A DNA stretch of 64,000 nt from Antedon mediterranea (Eukaryota > Animalia > Echinodermata): the NCBI RefSeq assembly GCF_964355755.1, contig NC_092672.1:23077237-23141236 (forward strand), in the 5' to 3' direction. Below the pieces are notes generated by a model. The model was not told the origin of the DNA, ran no database searches, and saw only the letters and a list, made by a program, of their open reading frames with translations. A program made the position numbers and the translations under genes. Positions 52,886-64,000 of this stretch are shown in pieces. Within the stretch, counting starts at the first letter, position 1. Each line of letters opens with the position of its first letter.

Positions 52886-53342
52886 TTAGCTTCGATTTTG
52901 TATAGATGACAAATTTCGTTTTTGTAAAAGCACAAGTTAACGGAGTACTTACTCGAACGTTTCAATTTGTCATCTATACAAAATCGAAGCTAAATGAAAT
53001 TCTTTCAAGATTTAACAGTTAATGTTGACTGATATGATTTTACTGTACCTTTCATCTCATCTTGAAAATTAAAAAAGTAAATAAAAATATTAAAAATAAT
53101 TTAAATATAAAGCTGATGATATTGATTGCTATTTGCCTAATGAGGTTTGATGATTAAAATGAGAATTCAGCAGGGTGAATTTTCAATACAAGATGTAGGC
53201 CTACTGTAAGTAATAATAACCTGTCATTCTTTTAAAATACAAAATAAATTGGCAAATTGATGGTAAATGCCACTTAAAAGAGTTTATATGAAAGTATTTG
53301 TATGATAAAATTGAATTATCAATATGCATTTATTATTTTTAG

Positions 53343-53441
53343 GATGGAGACACACCTCTGATTGAAGCTGCATATCAAGGTTTTCATGAAGTCTGCTTGG
53401 TCCTTCTCAATAAGGGAGCTGATGTAAATCACCAAAACGAG
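53343..53441 (+). CDS. Ankyrin-repeat internal exon A2: DGDTPLIEAAYQGFHEVCLVLLNKGADVNHQNE
   Basis: Acceptor tttttag, donor GAG|gtactt, 99 nt, phase 0-0, near-consensus ankyrin repeat. Not in the ORF track. Confidence 0.93.
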
Positions 53442-55541
53442 GTACTTTCACACATTGTATTTCAAACATTTTTAAATATAGGTAGCCAGTACAATTAAAT
53501 TAATAATTTATGTTTTGTCATTGATACTGGGATTGTAGGATAATTCAAAGTTAGTACTAGTTCAAAATCTAGACTATTAGTATATTTAAATTTGTTTGAA
53601 AATGTATACCACAAATATTTTTTGACATGTGCACAACAAATATTTTGTTTATTTTGCTTTGTTATCCTATTTTGTAAAGAAATTAATCAGAGCCTTATCA
53701 TTAAAAGTTTACATTATTTATATATGCAGTATGTTTATTTACATATTTCTTGGTAGCAGAAATAAAGCTCACCTTATTCTGTCATATTTCCTCATTCAGT
53801 ACATTGCATTTCATATGCCATTTCTAATGCCTTAATTACTGTACTGTATATTTTTCCCCCTTGACCATAACAAAATTTAAACTTCAATTTTAAAAAAACA
53901 ATTCTTCTTTTCTATTGTTTGTAGAATACTGATACTACTATGTCTTGTCACTCAATAAATATTATTTACCACCAAAAACGTACATTGTCTCATACTTACC
54001 TATATTTCCCGAGAACTTTAATTTTACCAGGAAAATGATTTAAATGAAAAGAAGAATCATTACCAAAAAAGGTGAAAATCATTGTGTAGTTAAATGTAAT
54101 AATGAGGGCACAATTATTGTTATTATTTTTTAGCCATTTCATGCATGGATTCCCACAATGCTTTCTTATTTATGTTTCAATTTTTAAAAATGATTTGATA
54201 ATAAATATCTGCTAATTAATTAATTGATGTATTTTTTAAAACAAAAAACAAATATGAAATTAATTCTATATAGGCCATGTGGTTTTTCTTGGTCAGAATA
54301 GCATGTAGCTTGTTAGGTTGAGGTAATAATTCATGGAGGTTTGCGGACGGTTTTTGGGGTTTGTGCAATTTAGCAATACCCCTGTGTTATTGATCTTGAT
54401 CATTAAGTTAGTGAGAGTTGTAATATATTCCCGTCAGTCTGGATGGCAATATACTATTACTATATGGTGAAAAAAATAATAATACATAGCCATGTCCTAT
54501 ATTGAATCCCAAATTCATAAGTTTTTATGTAGACTTTGACAATATTATTTGCATACAAACCAGCAGCCACTTCCAGACATGAGGCACTTTTGCGCTACCT
54601 AACAGATAAAAGGCAACGGCATAGGGGGCGCAATTGCGTTTGCGAAGGAGTTAACAATAACACTGGCAGCTAGGTTGACATTTTGATGCCGGACATAACT
54701 ACTAATTTCACCCCATCATTTCCCACACTTGTGTTACCAAGTCCTCGGTAATATACCTCATAAATGCTGCACCTCCCCGTATGGAAATATTTAATAGTGA
54801 CTTTTATATTCATGCAGCAAGAACTGGATAACAAGATATGAAGCAACAAACAAAAATTTATATAAAAATATCTTACACAAAGAATGAATAGGTTCACATA
54901 AAAAAAAACTGATGCATTCACTTTGTGGTGATTGGCCATTGTATTGGTCTAAGTTTCAAAATTACTTCACAAGCTTTGTTCAATCGCATTTTAAAAATAA
55001 ACTTTCAATGAACAATTCTGATAATTATTAGAACTGTGCATATACTGGACTTATACAAATGCACAGAGTAATTGTTTGTTTTTTATAATCGTCTACCGAC
55101 TACTGTATCATGTAAAACTGTTAGGTTCCTTACTCCAAACATGACTTTGAGTTAACAACTCATAAACTATTATTTTTTTTATTGTTGAAAGAGAAATTGA
55201 ACTTGAATGTATCACCTGGTTTCCACCTTATACATCCTTGAAACTCATCAAGACACAGATACAATCACTCATAAATTGATACAATTTATTGTAATACTTT
55301 CTATTATTTTGTATACATATTTCTTTTAATGCAAAATCAATCTGCAAATGTTGCATGGTTCTTATCATCAGACCAGGTACATTGCACCTACTTTTATCTC
55401 ATACCTTTTTCAAACTCATTGTGAACAGTTCTTAAACAAAATTGACTTCATTGTTTGTTTAAATATTTTGATTTTGATTATTATAATTTTTGATATGAAT
55501 TGATTTTTTGTAAAACAACATAATATTAAGTACGATCTAGT

Positions 55542-55726
55542 GAGTGAGTGGCCGAGCGGTTAAGACAGTGGAACCGTAATTACGTAGCCATAACATCGGC
55601 AGGGGTTCGAGGCTCACTCACTCCATGGTTCTGGTGGTAGAACGAGTCTTCTCACCAACTGGGCCCTCTGGGAGACCAGTCTTTGACTTTATCCAGTATA
55701 AATATAAATTTCAATTTCAATTTCAA
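55542..55726 (+). mobile_element. tRNA-derived SINE
   Basis: A box TGGCCGAGCGG (55549-55559), B box GGTTCGAGGC (55604-55613), non-tRNA body and (TTTCAA)3 tail. Confidence 0.78.
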
Positions 55727-55850
55727 ATCATTTTCTTTGCATCTTTTATTCACCACTGATGTATTAATGTTATGTTATTAATGCAACTCTTAATAGGTCA
55801 AGGGTCAAATAATAAATATTGTTATTGTATACTATTTATTTTCACAAATT

Positions 55851-56322
55851 TTATTATTATTATTATATTATAACTTATATTATCAAGGTTCTATCTTTTA
55901 TTTTTTATTGAATCCCAAAAGTTTGAGACGTGTCAGTCTGTAATGCTGTGGACAGAGATAAAATCCTTTTTTTTGTATTATAAATAAAGCATGGCTTCCT
56001 GAGCTCCATTTGATTCTTTCAAAGTAAAAATGATATATATACTAAAAGGAAAATAATATGTATTACTAAGTCACGTATCCATGGTGATTGTGATGACAGG
56101 CCCCGACTCTATACTATACATGATATTACGATACTATCTGAATTAAATATTCAGCCAGTGTGCAAAAACTTCTGGATACTATTTAAGTTGATTATCAATG
56201 ACTTAAACAATTTAGCATTCCTATAATGCTAACGCCTTTTTAATGTTTATGTTTTATAATGCTTTTTTTATATAATTATAACTGTTTTTAATGTTTTATA
56301 TACACATTATTATACATGGATA
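55851..56322 (+). repeat. Duplicate of about 10583-10900 plus 12785-13030
   Basis: ttataacttatattatcaaggttct, tcccaaaagtttgaga and cacgtatccatggtgattgtgatgacaggccc are shared. About 1.9 kb (10900-12785) is absent here. Confidence 0.85.
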
Positions 56323-58653
56323 AAAAGGTTAAAGAATACACGAAAAAAGAAAGAAAAAGGAGAATTACATTGGATAATAACAATTTACACAGATTATAAA
56401 GATGCAATATTTAGAACAACAACAAATATTGCGGATTGAATTGTGTCTTGTTGTGAATGAATGATTTGTGGTCTTTTTTTAAATATTATATGGATAAAGA
56501 TATACAACAATTACGAAAAAAGGAGGATTATATTGGATAACAATGATCAAATAGATTATGAAGATTGTAGATTTATGACAACTACTGTATTACATATTAC
56601 TGACTAACTTGTATTAATCATGTCATTGAATGAATGAACAAAAGTGCTGGTTCAAGCGACAAAAGAGAGAAACAAAAGACAGTGCTAGAACCCTGGTGCA
56701 TTTAACTTCATGGATAAAAGAGAATGACAAAGTTACATATTGGCTTTCTGTAGTTTGCAACGCCCTTTTAATTAATTGGGTACGCTGTGTGTTAAATGAG
56801 CATTGTCACACATTGCATACAAAAACAAGTCAGGATATTATTTTATGCTCACAAAACTGAATTCAGAAGAACATCAAGCCTATATTTCTGAATAAAACTG
56901 AACAAAAATGAAATAGTAGTTTCTATAATTATTAAATTGCTTTTAAAAAAATTATTTGGGATTTACACTACCCATCTGAATATACATACACCTTAATCTG
57001 AATACCTTATCCAACATGAATACAGTGTTTAAACAGCGAATAATACTATGCCTTTGTAGATTCATTCCATAACATAGTTTCATTCCATTAAAACTACAAT
57101 AGTAACATTATCGTATAACCTATATAACCTACCACTTTTTTTAATAGAATAAACCGAATGCTATCATCTCTTTAACTATTTAATACACAATAACATCTAC
57201 CCGTCTATGATAGTGCAGTGTGTCAATCACAGCTAAAGACACCAGTTGTACACCTTTGTGTCTTATTATCCAATGCATTCCAACACAATGCTGCTCAGAC
57301 ACCACCTATATTATTCTACTTGAGTTTGCTAGATCATCATATAAAAGTGCATTGATGAGATCAGATTGTTTTTATATAATTGTCCTTTATCAACCATTCT
57401 GATGTGTGTTAATGGTTGTGCAGAGCCATGATAATACAATTGTCACAGCTTGAATAAGGTAACATGGAGAAAATTAAATGAAAACCTTCCTCAATAATAT
57501 TTCTCTGCTCAAATGCTGGTTTGTAATGAGATTTTAATATTAAATGTGTCTATATAATTTATTGTTTGTTAAGTAGGTCTTTTACCACACTGATGTTTAA
57601 TGTGAAATGGTTAAATGTATTCAGAGTGAGATCTGCCAATGTAAATTATCTTAATTAAAATCATTTACATTAAAAACTTTCAATTGTATTTCTATTATAT
57701 TTTATCAATTTTAAGTGCTGTTCTTAAAATACAATTGCAATCTACCAAATCATGGAGCTTTAAAGCTCAATGAGACTGAAAAACTGTTAACTTATGATGT
57801 ACACAGCCTATTTAATACTTAGTTGAAATGCCATTATTAGACATTTTTAATCATTGATTTATTTAGAGAAATTAATAAAACTTCACCAGAAGTTTTAGAA
57901 TGGTCATTATTTATACTACTATAACAATATATGTTCACATTTTGTAGTAATACACTACCAACATGTATAGATAGTATTTACAATACCCATCTGAATAATT
58001 ATACTACACCTTAATCTGAATACCTTATCCAATCTGAATACCTTATCCAACCTGAATACAGCATTTATACAGCGAATACTGTTTTGTAGTTTCATTCCAT
58101 AAAGCCATAATTTAACATCAAATAAATAGTCATAAAATTAAATCTTCTTTATTTTAATAGATTCATCTCTTTGTTTTCTTTTGAAAAAGATTTTAATACA
58201 CCAAAAAAAAACCCAAAAATAAAAACATCTACCCTGTATGTGATAATACACATGGGGTCAAATCATTTTTCTATTCGACCTATTCGCTATCCGTCGCTAG
58301 GACAGAATAATCTGGATTTTTTTTTTACATTAATCCAAGTTAATCAACTACCACACTTTATTTCAAAAGATAACATTTTTTAGCATAATTATTTTTTTTG
58401 TAAAATGGCTGCATAATTAGTTATCCACACCTTGACGGATAACTCCTTGTGATTGTATAAAATCATCATCAACTTTTTTTATCTGTATTATTCTTCTTTC
58501 ATTCCACATTTCATAACTTCGTAAAGTTGTGCACCTACTATTTTTTTTAAACGTCAGAGTTGCGCAACATGACTTTCGCCCGATTTTATGAATTTAAATG
58601 ATCATAGATCAAAAAACCAAACGTCATTTTGTATTGACACTTTTTTAATTTAA

Positions 58654-59200
58654 AGATGTATTGTCCCTTGAAACACAAAAAAATGAAGGTCAAAATATTC
58701 TAAATTTAAATTGGCCATATCAAAGTAATATTAAAGTTATTCACTTTAAGTCGAAAATTCGAGCCGAAAACAACAAGTTTACGTAATTAACAGGTAAATT
58801 AATTTGATTACATTTTGTCCGGAAAATCATCGCAGGCGAAAGTAAACAAAGATTTCAAACCACGAGTATGCATGCATGATATGCTAATTATGATTGTTTA
58901 CAACTCGTCACATTTTAGAAGGTGTTTTCACACAGATTGCGAGGAAGTTTTATGATTATGTATACAGAGTAGCCACACAAGCGCGTTGCATTATGGGATA
59001 TGTTTTGATCAAAAATATTGACTGGAAGTCAAAGTTATTTTTTTGAACAAAAAAACATGTGTATTTCAGTAAATGATTTTTTTTTCCAACTAATTTTTGG
59101 TGAAAGTTAATAACTATTATGATACTTCAAAACGGCCAACTTTTTTTCGAAATCTTTTATTTTTTATTTTTTGGGAATTTGTCAAAGGGACAATACATCT
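58654..59200. mobile_element. Kolobok-type MITE
   Basis: TTAA TSD (58650-58653, 59201-59204). TIRs AGATGTATTGTCCCTT / AAGGGACAATACATCT. Empty atttaagtcatatc sites near 27637 and 46983. Confidence 0.9.
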
Positions 59201-61319
59201 TTAAGTCATATCAAGAGTCAACTTTCTATTGATTAAAAATGGCATGTTTCAAAAAGTTACACGCACAAGATTTCTTACAACCAACACCTGCACTTGCTGT
59301 AACTTAATGCGTATTCTCAGTTTGTGAACTTAATTCTCTTGAATTTTTCATTATTTAAGCCTTAAAAGAATTGAAAAGTCAATTAAACCATATCAACTTT
59401 TATTTTAATGACTTACTGATTTTGATTTTAAATGCATTATGGCTACTCATACATGCTGATTAACCCTCTTTCACGTTGACTATTCTTTTTATTGTACAAG
59501 TTACTAAATGTTTAAGTTTACTTAATTCACTTCCCACAACCTTAATCAATAATCACCTTGACAAATTTCAATATAAATTTACCTCCTGGTTCATCCTGTT
59601 TTTCATCACTGTTTTATGTATGTTTACGTTTTTTCCCCTTGTACTCTATACGCACAAACATACTTTGCCTATTATATTATTCTTAATGTATATATAGTAT
59701 AAGCCCATGGAGTAATTTATAATTCTTCCGTAAGCTTCCTAATTACATGTAAAGGTAATAAAAGCGTCACATTTTGTATCTTATTTGTTTTGTGTATTTC
59801 AGTTATAAACGGCTACTACTGTAGGAAACATTTTTTTGTACTGTACAGTAATTATTAATTTAAATAATAATATTTATTATTTGCATATCTACGGACGTAC
59901 CATCAATTTCAAAATTCTTTTCAATTCAATATGTTCTAGCAATACTTTCGAATTTGTAAATAATGTGTACTTGCTTTTTTAACTTCAGATTATGGACGAT
60001 ATACCTAAAGTGTATTTAAAATATACAGTAGTGTAAAATATTCTGTATTTATTTTTGTTACAATGAAAGTTACTGACTGCAAACATTCATGCATAGCCTA
60101 CTTTAAAACATAGAAAATGAGACTTCAACTTGCAACTTACATTTTTAAGTTTAACTACGTCAACCTTGAAATCTGTTCGTCTGTAGGGCTCACACAAAGA
60201 CGGGTGCTGATGCTAGTAATTTATATGATCAGATCATTTGATATCTGCTGCTGCAGTTGAGATTCATACACTTTAAAGTTCAGTTTGATTTAATGTGATC
60301 ACATCATTTCCCTATTATCATTTGATTTATAATTTTAGTTGTTAATTTTGTTGTTGTCGTCGTTGTGGTTTATACAGTATTTGTGAAACTAAACAAGATG
60401 AACGGATTAAAGAATAAAACATCTTACAATGTTTCTATGTTGTGCAGTCAAGATAAACTCTTTTCAGTTCAATATTATAGAAACTATTTTTATCAAGAAA
60501 GAGACCATGCCCCGCTCTAAATAGAGATGCGGTTATGTTAAGGAGACAGAAAAAGAACTTTCCATAATGTATGAAGCTCATCTGAAAACACTGTTTTCAT
60601 CAAGATCAAATATGCATAAGTTAGAACTCAGAATTAGAATTCTCAGGATATTAATGAGTATCACTGAAATATTTATTAATAAATACAAATGTTGTTGAAT
60701 TGTGTTATCTTAATGTCTACTACCAACCTTCATTCAAAATCAATAATTTTTTTAGGTAGATCAAGATCAAATATAGTTCTGACTTGTTAATGGTCACATG
60801 CCAGTATAGTTTATTGGGCTTGCCAGTGATAATGACAAAATATTTATTATTTTGGTCTACTATTACAGTAACACTTTTTATCAATTAATGATATAACATA
60901 TCAGTGCAACGTCCACTATTGTATTTAAAAAAATGAACAAAAATATATATATGTTGATTTTTATATTGGAACTGAGAAAGGCATTTATTCCTGATCTAAA
61001 TTATTTTCACTTTGAGATATTTTTGTAAATTACAACTTTCATAAAAAAATATCATTAAAACATAGTATAAATATGCACATGGTATAAATATAGAATTTGT
61101 AAAATGCATCAGAGGTTGTACATTTACAAAACAAAAAGAAAAAAAGGAATTTACATATTTATTTTTATACACAGGTAAGTGAGTGGCACTTAGTCAGTGT
61201 AACTCTTTTTTTTCTGCTATAAATGAGTTAGGAATAACATTGTCATGTGACAGAATACCAATGTAACATTTTTTCTTTAATCAGTATTTTAAAACCTTAT
61301 TATTATGACCTCTTTCCAG

Positions 61320-61424
61320 GACGGAGACTCACCACTACATGTACATCTGGCTCGAAGGTATCCTACATTAGAAATGGTGACCTGTCTCATAAATAAGGGG
61401 GCATCAGTGACATCACAAAATAAG
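61320..61424 (+). CDS. Ankyrin-repeat internal exon B2: DGDSPLHVHLARRYPTLEMVTCLINKGASVTSQNK
   Basis: Acceptor tttccag, donor AAG|gtaata, 105 nt, phase 0-0. Paralog of 30026-30136. Confidence 0.88.
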
Positions 61425-62990
61425 GTAATATATATACACACAATTTTCAGAAATACTGTATGGCAACAATCTTTCACCTACTCTAGTAAATTATTCTATT
61501 TTTTTTTTTTTTTTTTATATCTGGTTCATCATATTATTAATAATAATGATAATTATTTTTATTATTAAATTGTGTGATTTTTGGTAGACCTATTTAAAAA
61601 ACCATTCCTTCAAAGATGACAATATCTACTATCACAGCGATTTTAAACTGATAGGAAGATTGTGGGTAGTATAATTTATGCTGAGATTGGACCTATCGGA
61701 TATTTTGACGACATGAAGTAATGGCAGTGGGTAGAGATAATATGCCCGGCTTCATAAGTTATTTAATAAGGTTGTTTAATCCTATAACCTATGCATCATT
61801 ATTATACTCTGTAGCCATCTGTATTTCAATACTGATCTACACATGCGCACAGCTCGAATCTGAATTAAATGAAAGAAAGAATATTTTCTATAATTTGTTA
61901 TCCAATGAACCATATCTTTTTTTAACTTTGCTAGATTTTGTCCCAATTCAATCTGTTTCATAAGTAAATGTTATTTTTTGAACAGATGTCAGGATTATTC
62001 TCAATGTGTAATTCAATCTAGAAATTGACATTGAAATCTAAATCATTCAGTTAAATAACTTATAAAGAGCAGACCTCCCAACTATGCTGATAATGGCGAA
62101 AGCAATTTTGAATATACTGATATTTCTAATCTCTATTAAGAATCTAGATAAGAAGAAAAAGAAAATATGCTAAATATCCGCACAACGTTAGTAATAAATT
62201 CATGTATTGTTTAATAATTAAAATATTTGTATTTTCCGCCATTAGGCATATTTACTATTATAAATACCTAAACCTTTACATTTTTAGTAGCGCCCTTTAT
62301 GGTCTAATGTATTTTTCAAAATATTATGGCGCCCTGTATAGTTTGGACATGATTTCATAAAACCTCCCAATGTATCATTTGATTTGTTGAGAGGTGACAA
62401 ACTTATAACAGCCGATTAATATAAATTGAATAACAATGTATTTTACTTAAAATTAAGACAATACACATTAAACAATGATTCGATAAAGATTGAAAAAAAT
62501 TGAAATGAATTCCCTAATATTATTTTTGTTTTTGGCGTCTTTTCCGCACCCAACATTTCCAGAAAAAACGGTGAATTTTTGGACAAAAATCACTCAAGCG
62601 TGACTTGTGTTTTGATTTCTAAATTTGATCACTAAAATGCTTTAAATGTTGCCATTTGGGTATGAAAACATAGGGTTTGCCACAAAAATTGTAATGAATG
62701 GACTATTAGTTTAGGATATGTGAAAACATGGGTTTTATATTTTATTTGCATTAAAGTGATTGTGTTGGAAAGAGATTAACATCGTTACCATTTAAGATAG
62801 TTAAAACAAATTATTTTATCACATGTGAATTATGGAATTATTTTTATGGAATTATTTTTAAGGATAAGATAAATACAGCATTACATTTTACATTTTTTTT
62901 TCTGTGCCTGCCATCACAGAAAACCAATTTCACATTTTTATCTGTAAATTAGCATTGTAAACTTGATTATTATGATTTATTTTACCACAG

Positions 62991-63094
62991 AATGGAAACA
63001 ATCCACTACATGAATACCTGATTAAAAACCCCAACCCTACTTCTGAAATAGTGAATTGTCTCATAAAGGTACTGTATTAACATTGCCAACTAAG
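62991..63094 (+). pseudogene. B-type ankyrin exon B3 with a 4-nt deletion (NGNNPLHEYLIKNPNPTSEIVNCLIK..)
   Basis: Acceptor ccacag and homologous donor AAG|gtaatacagacaatt give 104 nt (frameshift, TAA). An alternative AAG|gtactg at 63068 would give 78 nt in frame. Confidence 0.75.
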
Positions 63095-63370
63095 GTAATA
63101 CAGACAATTGTAAGAAATAACTTACAGAAACTAATGTTTAAGTATTTGAATAAAGAAAATAATTAAAGCTTAAAACCATGTTCTTAAAGAGGGTAAGCTA
63201 GTGCTACAAGCATACCCTAGTATCAGTGAATTTATTATAATACAACTCTATTTTTATGCCTGCCATAACACAGTAGGGAATTAAATTGTCAGCAGGATAT
63301 CACAGAACATCAATTTAACATTCTTTATTTAATCAGTATTTTTAAACCTATGATTATGATTTCTTTCCAT

Positions 63371-63412
63371 GATGAAAACAAGGACAATGCAATATTGGCA
63401 TCGCAAAATAAG
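63371..63412 (+). pseudogene. Dead B-type pseudo-exon B4
   Basis: Upstream tttaatcagtatttttaaacctatgattatgatttctttccat matches the B1/B2 acceptor context, but AG has become AT. Internally deleted; ends catcgcaaaataag|gtaag. Confidence 0.65.
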
Positions 63413-64000
63413 GTAAGGTACAGTTGCAGGATTCTTTAGAACAATTATTTCTTTACATGTGATTTCTATATATATGGAATTATTTTAAAAGTTTGTGTCA
63501 CAATACAGCATCACAGTTTACATTTTTCCTATATATGATACAGATACATAATATGATGCTGTAATATAATTGTTATCTATAATATTTAACAGATTGTAGA
63601 ATACAGAGAATCTTGCTGAATCCTTTTACAAGAAGAAACATTATGGTTTTCTCAGATTAGTAATAACAACGAATTATTAATTGTTCTGATGTAATTGTTC
63701 TAATTAATGTGTGACTGATATTCAGTTACTGGTATTTGAGTTCTAAATCTCTTTTTCTCACTCTTACTCAATATTCCTACATACATTCACTAATACATTT
63801 CCTAAGGTTCAACAACACCAAAGCACACCCTATAGTATTAGTGAATATAATGCTGGAATCTGTAATCATTATTTGTATACTTCATGTAAACGTTTGATTT
63901 CATTCTTCTATTTGTCAGACTTTTTTAGTATTTTGCATTCGTTATTATAACGTTTTTTCTGTGTCTTTATGTAACGTAATTCTTATAAACTGCAATGTTA

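Larger units (their letters stand above)
50213..53011 (-). mobile_element. Penelope-like retroelement, intact
   Basis: RT+GIY-YIG ORF. 62-bp direct repeat 50211-50272 / 52902-52963. 52-bp inverted repeat 52864-52915 / 52964-53015. TSD TTAACAGTTAAT at 50201-50212 and 53012-53023. Confidence 0.95.
56945..61960 (+). repeat. Duplication copy containing exon B2 (sister of 45263-49084 and 26801-30665)
   Basis: Continuous collinear similarity, interrupted by a Kolobok-type insertion. Confidence 0.94.

Noticed and set aside
55542-55626. Possible tRNA gene
   Set aside because: A and B boxes are present but there is no clean cloverleaf or anticodon arm, and it continues into a body and simple-repeat tail, so it is called a SINE.

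Overview
AT-rich animal genomic DNA (probably a marine invertebrate; no prokaryotic features). Almost the whole window looks intronic, inside a + strand ankyrin-repeat gene whose start and stop lie outside the window. Each repeat is one symmetric phase-0 exon: four intact (19142-19240, 30026-30136, 53343-53441, 61320-61424), one frameshifted or shortened (62991-63094) and one dead (63371-63412). The introns are a mosaic of multi-kb local duplications, so most transposons here have a visible empty site in a sister copy. Retroelements, all antisense to the gene: an intact APE+RT LINE with an N-terminal 2A-like motif, a broken RT/CCHC LINE, and an intact Penelope-like element with TSD, direct and inverted termini and a hammerhead-like motif. 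Non-autonomous elements: a head-to-tail Helitron pair, Helentron-type HINEs, hAT, PIF/Harbinger, Kolobok-type and CACTA-like elements (the last carrying a spliced BEN-like pseudogene) and a tRNA-derived SINE. The most interesting signal is that recently duplicated ankyrin exon cassettes differ almost only in the codons of the predicted binding surface, suggesting a diversifying modular recognition gene. All alignments were done by eye.
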